In this document: piece by piece, positions 1-12,749 of the stretch
Numbering within the stretch: the first letter of the stretch is position 1
Layout of the letters: the number at the start of each line of letters is the position of its first letter
Assembly: GCA_044892525.1 (NCBI GenBank)
Contig: CM097887.1
Span: 90,002,397 to 90,066,396 of the forward strand
Direction of reading: 5' to 3'
From: Schmidtea polychroa
Taxonomy: Eukaryota
DNA length: 64,000 nt
The notes under the pieces: generated by a model
Told to the model about the DNA's origin: nothing
What the model saw: only the letters and a program-made list of their open reading frames with translations
Databases searched by the model: none
Program-made: the position numbers and the translations under genes

Positions 1-9
1 CCGCCACTG

Positions 10-205
10 TAAGAAATACCATGTTCAATAAGATATTTAATCTTCAAAATACCTCTTTTGAATTGAGCTTCATTGTTCATTCCAATCATAACACTTTGAT
101 GATGATACCTTCTGATAATATATAGAAAAACAGCCTTTGGAGAATCATCACTTGAAAATTCATCTTTGAACATACAAGATCCATTACAATTACTAAGGCA
201 GTAAT
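10..205 (-). pseudogene. Degenerate actin pseudogene fragment (N-terminal ~65 codons, frameshift/deletion); may continue beyond the window edge
   Basis: The minus strand reads ALVI-NGSCMFK / [48 protein letters not shown]. This aligns by eye to actin [69 protein letters not shown], with an internal frameshift and a short deletion. Confidence 0.8.
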
Positions 206-1679
206 ATATGTAACCTTCTAACCACCACACTTTTAGACTGCAAATAAATTCATTTCTTGATTAATAATGATTATTAAACTAAATTATTGAATTCTATAAG
301 AGTAAGAAGTTTAAGCTTGAAATAAAGTAACAAATAAATAAATAATATCAACTGTTTGGAATTACGCCACGATTAGGAAAGATCCCGTAATACAAGTATT
401 GAAAGCTGTTTCTGGATGGCGTGTAGCAGCAATTAAATTCACTTCATCATATGCAACACATATTAGGAAAAAGTACCAGATTGATGTTAAAATTTCCACT
501 TCGAAACTCATGTGCCACAAAAAAAAAGCAAGACCATGCTTGAATTTGTTCAACACGAGAGACTATTAATCTGTTATATTTTAACATTACTCTGTGAATC
601 CATACGACTGCTTGATGAATGTATGCGCAGGAATGTGCTCACTTTTCTCAAGTATTCACCCACCCAATATATTACCAACGCTTAATAAGCGATGGTCATT
701 GAGTGGTTAGGACACTTGTATTCTGAGTTACGCTGGAAGCAGCATGAAAAGCAGGTACAATTTTTATTACTTGTAACTCACAACTATAGTTACGATAAAA
801 ATATAGATGATATTTCTTTGTAAAATAATGTTTTTTTTTAAATGTGAAATTTTCCATTTCAAAAATAAACTTAGCTGATTGATCATATGATCTTCAGTTC
901 AGCTTACTTGACAGATATCAATAACATTAACAAGTTGCGAATAAACATATTATTTTGTTTGTCTAGTGTAAATAGCAAATTTTCCAAATGTTTTAAAATT
1001 TGTGTTTTTTTCTCATTAATCAATTTTGGAGGTTTGAGTCTAATTACATTATTTTGCTTCGAAATTTTAATGTATAATTGTCTTTTATATTTTCTATTTC
1101 ATTAATTTCTTAAATGAAAAGGTCTGTTGAATTCCATAGAAAAAATGCTTAAGAATTCATATTATAGAATTAAAACAAGAATAATTAAAAAAATAATTTC
1201 TTTTTTTTCATTTATTTTTAATTAACTCAAATTTATGTGTAATATTCCGAATTAAAATGACGTTTTAGAAGAGATCTCTCGATTTCTGATAAAGAAATTT
1301 CAGCAAACTATTGATGAGCAGCGAAGTGTTAAATTATTAAAATTAATAATGATTAAATTCTCATAAAATTTGGATTATATTGAATTTATTGATTTGTTGT
1401 CATAACACAAAAAATATAGAGGATAATTAACATTTTAATAAATTCTCTAAGTAATTAATTTTTTAAGAATATTTATATATTTATTTAATCTTTAATTATA
1501 GTTAATTTGTATATTTATAGTTATCAAATTATGATTGTAATTTGTGATGAATAAATAAATTATGATGAATTTCAAAATATGAAAACATTTCTCCAACAAT
1601 TTGTAATGTTTTGGCTCGGATTCTAAATGATTCGTTCACATCCCAACATGGAAATCGCACCAGCCCTAATGATGCAGTT

Positions 1680-1860
1680 TATTAAGGCTCCCGGATTATT
1701 TAAACCAGAAGACGATATAGAAAAATGCAGAACAATTCAGGATAAAGAGCATAATAATTAGGTAGATCTTTTATCAGAAATCAAATTTATGTTAAGTGTC
1801 ACTGTACAAAGCACTATTGGTTGTAGTTTACCAGAACTAATATATGGGGAAAAAATTAAC
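1680..1860 (+). mobile_element. Possible highly decayed Gypsy LTR-retrotransposon fragments (gag-like and integrase-like peptides)
   Basis: Short peptides APGLFKPEDDIEK and VQSTIGCSLPELIYGE resemble Gypsy gag N-terminus and integrase C-terminal motifs; there is no continuous ORF. Confidence 0.35.
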
Positions 1861-2867
1861 AAAATATGGTATTCGAAATTGGGCAAAAAATCAAATAGAA
1901 GGTATTAAGATTGTTGAAATTTTTATTTTTATTTTTAATTATTACTTTCAAATATTCAAAAGATTTTCCAAAAATATATTGATAAAACAAACTGCCTAAT
2001 AAAACTAGGAGAATTAAATAATGTCTTTACATTTTCTGAGAGATTTCAACACAAAACAATCATACAAATATTGATTCATAGTCAAAAAATTTCTAATAAA
2101 TATTATGTCAATTGAAAAGAAATCAGAGTTCAAAATAGAAAAAAGTTCTTTAAATACTGTTTAATATATAATACCATAAATTAATATCATTATAATATCT
2201 TATGCATGTAAAATGCGATTTTATCCCTTTAAATATATTCCATTCTCTTAACTAAAGCTAAATAACAATGAAACAAATGATTATATTTTTCTTTTCTCTT
2301 TTTCATCACAAATAAAACCTAGTGGTATGCATTCGTAATTATCTTGACCAACGATTGTATGTATAATTTAGAGACCTAAAATGCCAAAGGTTAGAATTTA
2401 AAACCCTTCTATGTCAAAACAAATCGAACCAAAATAATTGGGAATTTATTTTAATAAAAACTGAAATTGTTTTAACATTTGCATTTAAAATTTTGCTTGA
2501 AGCAATATTGAAACTTATTTAATTTATTTTGTAAATTTTATTTTTCCTAGAACTTCCTTCTGAAATTACAATCAAATTTCTGTGATTCATATTTAATTGA
2601 TTTTATTCCCAACTTTGTTTGTTTAAATTCGAATTTCTGTTGATTAAATGGAAAATTAGGTAAATTTATTTATTCGGATGCATTAAGTGGTTATGATAAT
2701 TATTATTACTAGCATAATTGACCGGAAATCGGCTCGACCTCACTGGGAAATGTTTTCTTTCAAACGTGTTATTTCATGACTTGTTGGGAGATTGTTTAAA
2801 TTAATTCCAGTTCAACTGAAAAATACTTTTCCATTTAGAACATAATTAATAATCAAAATTAAGGAAA

Positions 2868-5800
2868 ATGATTTTTGCATTTACGATATTTTTGATTTTA
2901 ACAAGTTTTCATCATCGATTTGTTAGTGGAGATCCATTTGAAATCGATGAAAAGGGCATTTTGAATTTGAATATCAGCAATTTCCAGAGTGCTTTAGATG
3001 AACATAAAACAGTCATTACTTTGGCATGTAAGTTTAGATTGAAGGAGTTTGAAAAATAATAATTTTATATTATATTTATATTACTTGTTATTGTATTAAT
3101 TAAAAAGCTTGACTATGGATCAGTGAATATATCGATGTTTTTTTATCAAAATCACTTGAAAAAGGCAGTGCCGAAAATTTGTGAATATCAAAAAAACATC
3201 GATATCGTTACTGATTCATAGTCAAGCTTTTTAAGAAAGACAATATCAATTGAAAAGAAATCAGTGGTGAAAATTGANNNNNNNNNNNNNNNNNNNNNNN
3301 NNNNNNNNNNNNNNNNNNNNNNNNNNNNNNNNNNNNNNNNNNNNNNNNNNNNNNNNNNNNNNNNNNNNNNNNNNNNNNNNNNNNNNNNNNNNNNNNNNNN
3401 NNNNNNNNNNNNNNNNNNNNNNNNNNNNNNNNNNNNNNNNNNNNNNNNNNNNNNNNNNNNNNNNNNNNNNNNNNNNNNNNNNNNNNNNNNNNNNNNNNNN
3501 NNNNNNNNNNNNNNNNNNNTTTCAATTTACAGATATTAACGATGCTCCAGAAGCATTTCCAGCTGTAAAATTGTTTGGAAAAGTTGGAGATAAATTGAAA
3601 AATAAAAACTTGAATATGGTTCTTGCAAAACTGAAATTAGAATATGATAACAATATATTTTCAAAATACAATCTTGAAGGAACGTTTGGATTGTTGGCAA
3701 TGATGGATCACGGAGAACGTTTCGTAGAGTACACTCAACCGGTAAATGATGTGGATAAAATTGTCGAATTTATTGAAAAGAAACTCCAAGAACCTGTCAC
3801 AGAAATCAGCGACAGTGCTAAGTTAAGATCTTTAATTGAGAATCGACCTTGTATATCAGTGGGATTTTTTAACGTAATTAACTTTTTTTTTTCAAGAGGC
3901 ATGCAATTTTAAAATTTTTTCATTTAGAATTTCACCAGTATGGATTATGAAGAGTATCGTTCAAGTGCTGACTGGTTTTATGAATGCGATCATTATGTGA
4001 CCAGAAATATTGAAATGTTTAAATATTTCAAAGTTAATGAGACAATTCCAACAGTAAAGTTTTACAAAGAAGTACACTTTTTTTAGAGTAGAAAATAATT
4101 TATCTTAATGTCAAGTGTATTCATGAAGTGTTTGATTATCCGAAACAATTACCATTTGACTCGAATAATGTCTTGAAGTTCTTTCTCGTCTGCATGGAAC
4201 CGGATGTGGCTGAATATGGAATGAATTGGTTGATGAAACGAGTACTGAAACAACCTCAATTTACGTTGCTATTATTTGTGAAAAAAAATGATCCAAAAAA
4301 AGAATTTTTTATTGATATTATGAAGAAGTACGCTCGAAGATACAGAGAAGAGGTAATAGAATTTCTAACTTTTCGTGTTTAGAGAAAANNNNNNNNNNNN
4401 NNNNNNNNNNNNNNNNNNNNNNNNNNNNNNNNNNNNNNNNNNNNNNNNNNNNNNNNNNNNNNNNNNNNNNNNNNNNNNNNNNNNNNNNNNNNNNNNNNNN
4501 NNNNNNNNNNNNNNNNNNNNNNNNNNNNNNNNNNNNNNNNNNNNNNNNNNNNNNNNNNNNNTGATAAGATAAACATTTTGATGCAGAATATGTGTTATAT
4601 AAATATGTCTTCTTTTGTTAGATAGTTCTTTTCAATTGAAAAGAATTATCTGAAAATCGAATTTAACCACTTAACTCTTTTTAAAAATGAAAATTTGTGG
4701 TAAAAAAAAACTATAATTTTTATATTGCATTTTCTGATAGATTATGATGCATATAGATGGAATATTTCCCAAAATGAAAAAACATGTTTATTTGAAAAAT
4801 TATAACATATTTAATTTTTTTTTAAAAATCATCAGAGAATAGACGTAAATATTATAGACGCAGAGTTACGGTATTCCCCATAGACTCAATGGTATAAAGT
4901 GCGTAAAATTACGTCACAAATTCTATTTCAACCACATTTCTTTACGTAAATTTACGTCGATTCTCGTTAAGTGGTTAATACATTATGTTACAGAAAAGAG
5001 CTTATATTATCATTTACCTGTTTAACATTTAATTTNNNNNNNNNNNNNNNNNNNNNNNNNNNNNNNNNNNNNNNNNNNNNNNNNNNNNNNNNNNNNNNNN
5101 NNNNNNNNNNNNNNNNNNNNNNNNNNNNNNNNNNNNNNNNNNNNNNNNNNNNNNNNNNNNNNNNNNNNNNNNNNNNNNNNNNNTTTTATTATTTTAAAAT
5201 AACTGCATTTTTTTCAAGCTTTGAAATCACTAATGAAAAATAGCATGATCTCAGCATTGATAAACAAATGTTGGTCACATGACGCATAAGTTCAATCAAC
5301 AGTTAGAATCCCCTCCTGCCCAGGCTCACATAGAGTAATTTCTCCTCACAGTGGGCAAATGAATAGAAACTACACGAACTCTATTATTTTGCCCTTTTTT
5401 CTTTTTCAATAAAGCAGTAATAATGAAAATATTCTAATAATGTGAAGAGTGAAATTATTAATTATTTGAAGTTTTTTTTAAAGTCAATTCGTTATATGTT
5501 AATTAAATTAAATAATTAATTATTATTTATTAAATTATTAATTATCATGTAGCGTTTTTTGAAAAATTCATAAACAAATTTCTTAAATTTTTCAAATATA
5601 AAATTTGACTATTTTGTCATAATTTAAATTTATTTTTTATCGAAATACTTTTTTTTATCAAAATTAATTTTATAATACAGTATTATTAATCAGGATTCCT
5701 CATATTGAAAATGAATTTATAGGAAGGAGCATTTATTTACTTTTTTATTCAAAGAATTTTTAAAATACTGTAATAAATTATAGTTAAAATTTTCTTTGTA

Positions 5801-8345
5801 TTTCTTTATAATACAATAATACAATACCATTTTTCAAATAAACTTTTTTGTAAGATGGCAGTAAAAATTCTAAAATTTGTAAGATTACATACTTTATAAC
5901 GTGTTTAACCAAACAATTGGTAAAATTTTTGTCAAAATCTGTAGTTATCCTTAAGGATTTATTGATCTATTGTCAACTGACAAAAAATGATATTATAATG
6001 AAAATTATGAGAATGGTAATTCTAAAGTCTTAAAAAATATCCATATTAAGTGATTTTCATTAAAACATTTAAGAATTTTAATTCCATTTTGATTAGTTTG
6101 TTTCAATTACTCGTTGTTTCCTTTTAAAATGACATATTATTGACTTATACGTTGACAGGTAAGAGTTATTTGCCTCTATTGTTCTTGATTTATTCCTTCT
6201 GTCATCAATCTTGACCAATCCAGGACACAATGGTGCAGTTTCACATGTCCGCAACTAAAGTGCTTTAAATTTTATCCTTGATATAATGAAAATTTAGTGT
6301 ATTTTATAGTAATAGAATAGACGATTAACTTTTAATACAAAATATTTCCTTTATTTTGCTTCCAAAATTAATTTTCTTTTTGATATTTCATTTTTAATCA
6401 ATTTCTTAAACCAATTTCTTAAATAAATTATTTAATTTTAATTTATTTTAAATTTGTTTTTAATGTTTTTGTTTTTGTTTTAATCAATCACTCGTTGTTA
6501 TTTTAATGAATTACTTAATTCTTAAGTAGGAAATTAGAATGAATTAACGACTTCAGCGTAATTGATAGAAAAACTTGATTAAATTTTTTAATTTCTTTTC
6601 ATTAATTTCGTTTATGTTAAAGATTTGATTTGATTTTTTGTTTTATTGAATATATTGAATTTATTATGCAGTTACAAAATGTATGTTTATTTGTTCTCAT
6701 TTCATTAAGATATTTGATAAACTCTGAGTAGGTGTTGCGACTCTCGAATGAAAATAATCTAAATTAGGAATTATGCAATTTGATATTTATTTAAACAAAA
6801 TATATATATATATATTTATCAGTTAAAACAATAAAGTTTATAAAATTAAATTATAAAATTTTTTTTGTAAAATGCTAAATTGTAAATTAAAGGCATTTAT
6901 TGTTTGTTTTTCTTTTATTTATAATATTACCAAAAATAAATAAAAACAATTAAACTTATAAAAACTGAGATTTAAAACCTAAAGATCTTGAGTTTAATTT
7001 TAAAAATCCACTTTCCTTATTCTTATTTCAGCAAAATTAATGGAATAATAACAGAGGATTTGCTGGTAAGAAGGAGAGCGCACCTTGACAATATTCATAA
7101 TTTTGAAGAAAGGCAGTCTTTGGTTTTGAATAGAAAGGCAATTTCTCGTAAAAGATAAATCACATAACTATTGCATTTATGTGCTGTATATAATGTTCTG
7201 GTTAGTAGGTCTTTACATTACCTTTTTCGTCTATGTTCTAACTCGACCTACGATTGATAAACGAATATATATTATACTTAGTATTCCCTTAAAGGGTGTT
7301 TTAAATAGATATTTAGAGAGATATGTATTGTAATTAATACTTGCTATACAATTTTAGCAGTTGAAATTTTGACTTATTTTCAAGAGGTCATTCTAAACTA
7401 ATCCAGTGTTGCTAGTACGCGTAATAATGTGTAAAAAATAAGATGAGATAATCATTATTTTGTTGGTAAATATTATTCATAATAATTAATGGTAATTTGT
7501 ATTTCAAAGAACATTTCAGAAAATAAATTTCTAGTTTTACTAGGCGTGTGGGGCATGGATAAAGGAAACCTTTTGTACAGTGCCTTTGGAAACTGAAATA
7601 CCATGGTGCTACAATGTGTTTTACTACTGATAAAAATGTAACGAAGAATTTTTGTCAGTCATTAATAAACTGGTGCCCGATGGACAAATGGAATTTACCT
7701 CCATAAATTCCACGTGTAATACGTTAAATTGGCTATCTAGAATCTAGATATAAATGGGATGTGAACTTTGCAATCCTTCTCTGAAAAACTGGATTAGTTT
7801 TACATATATAGCAAAGATGTTGAGTCTCTTAGTCCATGAAAACTGGTTTCTTGTAAAAACATTGACTTATTCTACGTCGTCATTAACATCCATAATCTAA
7901 GTTATATTCCTTTTTCACTATTATTAATTATTTGTATTATTTGTATTTTTAAAATTTTTTTATATGCAATTTCAATTTTGTCATGACTTTGATAATGCTT
8001 CAGATAAACATGGCCTATATTGATATTGATGGCCATGAAGATGTTAAATCGTTTCTTTATACATTTGACTTGTCAGAATCAGATGTCCCCTGCTTACGTG
8101 CTATCGAAACATCAAATAGATATGCAAATAACACTAGAAAGTACAAACCAAAGCGAAAAACAATAAATGATGCCTCCGTCAAACAATTTATCGGGGATGT
8201 TTACTATCGTCAGGTGCCTCCATATTTAATTTCTGAAAAAATTCAAAAAGATTGGAATTCTGAACCAATTGTGACTATTGTTGGGGATAACTTCAGAAAT
8301 ATTACTGAAGATCCAACAAAAACAGTGTTAATAGTGTTTTGTAAG

Positions 8346-8419
<74 letters not shown>

Positions 8420-11400
8420 CGCATACATTTTATACATTTTCTTTCATAATGATATTTTCCCAATTGTATTTATGCGTACCGTTGACTAGTTTTCGATACC
8501 TTACTTGATTTGAACCTAAATTGTTCCCTTCTAATTATTGGTCAACAAACTTACGGGCTCATTGCAAATACTTGAAAACGACAGATAACCATGAGCTCAG
8601 TATGCCCTAATATGTGATAGATACAGTAAAAAATAATTAGAAGGGATGCAATTGGGTTATCTTGAAATAAATAATAAACTGAACATTTTTTCCATAATGA
8701 TTTCGAGATGAATGTTACCAAAACTCGCGCTCCACAACAACTAAAAATATTCATTTCAAGGACTATTTAGTAATTACCGGGTTTCATGAGTGGAGGGGGG
8801 GGGGGCGTAACATCACCGCGAAAAGCGAAAAATATTATTTACAACTAGAATTTAAGCTGAAATTACTTTTTATGTAATATTTTCCAATAAGACAGTTATA
8901 CTTTTTATTACGCGAGATCTTTTAAAATATAATTATTATAAAATTGATTCTTGGAAAATATTCTACATCTTGCTGCACTAGAATGTAACGAAGCTTCTAT
9001 AGATTCTATCTAAATTTTACAATTGAAATTTTATTAAAATTAAATTTTTCAGTAGAAAATGAAAATTACTAAATAAATATTCAATGAACCAAATAGATGT
9101 AACAAAGTATGGAATAGAGATTCGTAACAATATTACAAAGGATGAAAATATTTTATCATAAACATATTTGAATCCGCAAACAAGAAACTAATTAAAAACA
9201 AAAACATTCTGCATCCATCCTACAATGGCAATTGTGGTGTCCCACTAAACATATATAATTACGTAATGTTACCTTTATTTCGTATATGTCAAATGTTGAT
9301 AACATTAATTCTTAGAATATTATTCCTTTTAGCACTTTACAAGAGGGGACTTCAAACTTTCGGCTATTGGACTATTTGGCTATTTGGAAAAAAAAGTAGA
9401 AAATTTTCGTGACCCACTCGACTAATAGAGATGGAGTAGTAGCGCAAACAAAAATATCGACTTAAATTCTTCCTTTTTATATTTTAATATTTAATTTAGA
9501 ATTACAACGTTATCAAAACAAACTCAAATTTCATTTCTCATTTCTTGGCTTATATATTTTTAAAATTATTCGCGACCCACTTGAATCCAGTCTGCCACCT
9601 ACCAGAAGGTTGTGCCCTACACTTTGAGAACCTTTGCCTTAGAGTATTGTGCTGTTGATAACTCTAACATGAAATAATTTTATTTTTTGGGTTTAAATCA
9701 TTTTTTTATTATTTCATATATTTTAATTAAAATTTTAATTATTAGAAAACGCCACTCGAACATCATTTATATTATTTCAACAGATTCATTGTCATACACA
9801 AGTAGAAACGAAATTTTTTAAGACTTTAAATTGGCTTTTCGAACAAAATTATAAAAAATTCTTTATAAAAATCACAAACCAAATAATTTATTAATTTTTA
9901 AGTATATATTTTATTAAAAAATAAATTTTATTTTGAAAAAATTTAATTAAATTTATTAATTTCATTTTACATTCTTACATAATATTATTTTGCATATCAT
10001 TTTGCCTAATGCCGCTTCAACTACTTCAAAATAAACACAAATATACTCTACTTTTTAATCCATTAATGTGTCCATTAATATTATTCAATTCTTTCAGTCG
10101 ATAGTAATCAAAAACTTGAGAATGGAGATGACGGGTAGTCATTCTTATGTATGTGACATGTACCCAGGGTCGAATTCAGTCTAGGGCCTCAAGTATTGAT
10201 GTATTTTATTATCTATCGTGTAACTTAAAAACTTAAAAATTGGAGGTGAAAGGGCCTCATAAGTTGAATAGCCTAGGGCCTATCTTCGTCTAAATCCGGT
10301 CCAAGACATATGAAGTTCATTAATAAACACAAGGAACAAACAACGCAACGTTCTCTGTATTTAACGGATGAGATAATGGATAGATGAAAGATTGCTTATG
10401 AAAAATACCTTTTCCAATTGAAACACATTAGACCAAGCTTTCTGACAAATATTGTGACAAAGAATGAGACAACTTTGTGCCTCTAGAAAGCCCACTCAAT
10501 AGGAGAATTTAAAACCCAAATTGATCAATGAAGTCGGGACCATGCGACACAAGCCACGAAGTCAGAACTTTAATTTGCTGCATGACATTCCAATCTACAT
10601 ATTTTATCGAATACTGGAGGCAGTAATAACATGTGAGTTTGTACAGTTGGACCATTAACATAAGTCTAGATCTTGCGCCTAGTCAATTTTGACTGTTTGG
10701 TCGGGAACAATTGTAAAAATATCGTCTTTCTGCTGCCTGATTTACTGGTGAACATTCAAATTTTTTGTTTGGATTTGAATTGTAGGTAACCAACAATATG
10801 ACAACCTTGAAAATGTCACCGATGTCAGTCTGTAGTACATGTATTACTATGATCATTATTATTTTCATACAACACTATGGAAGATAGCAATATAAAATGT
10901 ACTGATGACATTTTTACTTTCTTCTCTTTTAGAATTTTATTTTTGTTGAACTTCAAAATGGTTACCCCTATACTTGTAATTTTACTTTTTCTACTTAAAT
11001 GTATTTCGATTACAATGATTTGCATAAATATTCTGTCAGATATATAATGTGAATTAGTCTGGATGAATTACGATATTCCATCTATTAATAAGCGATTTAT
11101 TATTTAACTGTAATTTATAGATAATGACGAACCAAAATACGAATCATTCGTCAAAGGACAATTAAAGCAATTAGCAATAGATTTTCAAACGATGGGTCGT
11201 TCCGATGTTATCATAGGAACTTCCAATTACTATAGCAATGAGTACTACGGTTGGCATCCGAACCGATTTCCAAAAATTATTTTATTTCCTAAGGGGGAAA
11301 ACACGTTTGGAATAGAATATCAAATGAATCTGACAATTAATGACGTTAAAGCTTTTATTNNNNNNNNNNNNNNNNNNNNNNNNNNNNNNNNNNNNNNNNN

Positions 11401-11866
11401 NNNNNNNNNNNNNNNNNNNNNNNNNNNNNNNNNNNNNNNNNNNNNNNNNNNNNNNNNNNNNNNNNNNNNNNNNNNNNNNNNNNNNNNNNNNNNNNNNNNN
11501 NNNNNNNNNNNNNNNNNNNNNNNNNNNNNNNNNNNNNNNNNNNNNNNNNNNNNNNNNNNNNNNNNNNNNNNNNNNNNNNNNNNNNNNNNNNNNNNNNNNN
11601 NNNNNNNNNNNNNNNNNNNNNNNNNNNNNNNNNNNNNNNNNNNNNNNNNNNNNNNNNNNNNNNNNNNNNNNNNNNNNNNNNNNNNNNNNTTGTGTCATTT
11701 CTAGAAAACAACAGTTGCCAGTGAATCAAATGAGCCAGTAAAGTCTGAAAAAGAACAAATTACAGTAACAGAAAATATTGAAAGTGATGAAGAAGGAATT
11801 GTTGAAGAAGAAATTATTATTAGTGAAAATCAACAAAACTATTCAACAGATAAAACTGAATTATAA
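2868..11866 (+). CDS. Protein disulfide-isomerase family ER protein (a-b-b'-a' thioredoxin folds), redox-inactive, acidic tail with KTEL; exons ~2868-3027, 3533-3873, 3928-4071, 4116-4352, 8004-8340, 11121->11359 (runs into gap), 11705-11866
   Basis: It has a signal peptide (MIFAFTIFLILTSF), PDI-like ILNLNISNFQSALDEHK, b'-a' linker PYLISEKIQKDWNSEPIVTIVGDNF and cis-Pro motif RFPKIILFPKG. The E-rich C-terminal exon ends DKTEL-TAA (11864-66). GT-AG boundaries keep the frame. Confidence 0.85.
3102..3277. repeat. Palindromic dispersed repeat (MITE-like), abuts an assembly gap
   Basis: Arm AAAAGCTTGACTATGGATCAGTGAATATATCGATGTTTTTTT pairs with its near reverse complement ending at 3232. Related pieces occur at ~2105-2150, ~51175-51220, ~56695-56850 and ~62415-62515. 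Confidence 0.75.
4667..4974. mobile_element. piggyBac-like MITE
   Basis: TTAA|CCACTTAAC ... GTTAAGTGG|TTAA: 9-bp TIR with TTAA target duplication. Confidence 0.7.
8346..8419. repeat. (ATT)n microsatellite directly after a 5' splice site
   Basis: Perfect ATT run following GTAAG at 8341; it produces the spurious poly-Ile ORFs. Confidence 0.95.
10166..10305. mobile_element. Small hAT-like MITE remnant
   Basis: Degenerate CAGGGTCGAATTCAG ... CTAAATCCGGTCC termini with internal TAGGGCC(T/C) subterminal repeats. Confidence 0.45.
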
Positions 11867-12304
11867 AATGTTACAGTTAAATATATTTCGAGTTGGGTTA
11901 GAATCATTTTTTGTTAATAAATTTTTATTTCCTTTGTTTAATAAATTGTTTTTTTTAAGCTTTTTAAAATTAATTACATTTTTAAATATAGCTGAATTAC
12001 ACAGTATTCCATGATCATTTTAATTGGGAATTTCTCTTAACCGTTTTTTCTGAATATCCTGAGTTAATGGGGATCGGTTACAATTGTAAAAGATACAATA
12101 AAAACCATTAAATAATTCAAAAATCGTAAAAATTAATATTTGTCGTGGGTGAGTGAGAGTAGTAATCAGAGGCAAATGAAATTTTGAAGACGTATAAAAT
12201 AATTTTAAATTTATGAGAAGTTATTAGAAGGGTTAAAAGACAAAAAAAAACAAATCAAATTATTAATTAATTGATTGTAAAGAAAAGCTTAATTTATCTA
12301 TTAA

Positions 12305-12539
12305 CCCTTTGCGGTCCTTTGTCGAGTCTGACTAGACATCGACTTTTCCACGCAGGTCCTATGTCGAGTCTAACTCGACACTTATTTATATTGTATAATT
12401 GTCATAAAATAAAATTGTAATTCCAAAAAATACCTTTTATTGAAAAAAACCCAATTTAATTAAAGAAAATCATATATACAAAAAATCATTAAAACAATTG
12501 TGGACCTGGTGGGTAACTTTTTTTACGGACACAAAAGGG
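12305..12539. mobile_element. piggyBac-like MITE
   Basis: TTAA|CCCTTTGCGGTCC ... GGACACAAAAGGG|TTAA. Confidence 0.7.
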
Positions 12540-12749
12540 TTAATATAATTGTAAAATCAAAATAAATTTTGGATAACTATCTCGGAAGCGGGATGCCTGA
12601 CTAAATGAACCATAAATTAATATACCCAATACTTTATGAACAGCAATTTGAACATTTCGGGATAAACTGTAAAATAGATGGCGTAAAAAATTTGTATAAT
12701 TACTGAGAACAAATAGTTAAATTTGCCAGTTGGTTGAATAATGTAAAAG

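Noticed and set aside
362-556. 64-aa minus-strand ORF near the actin relic
   Set aside because: No recognisable motif and not part of the actin alignment; cannot be supported as a gene.
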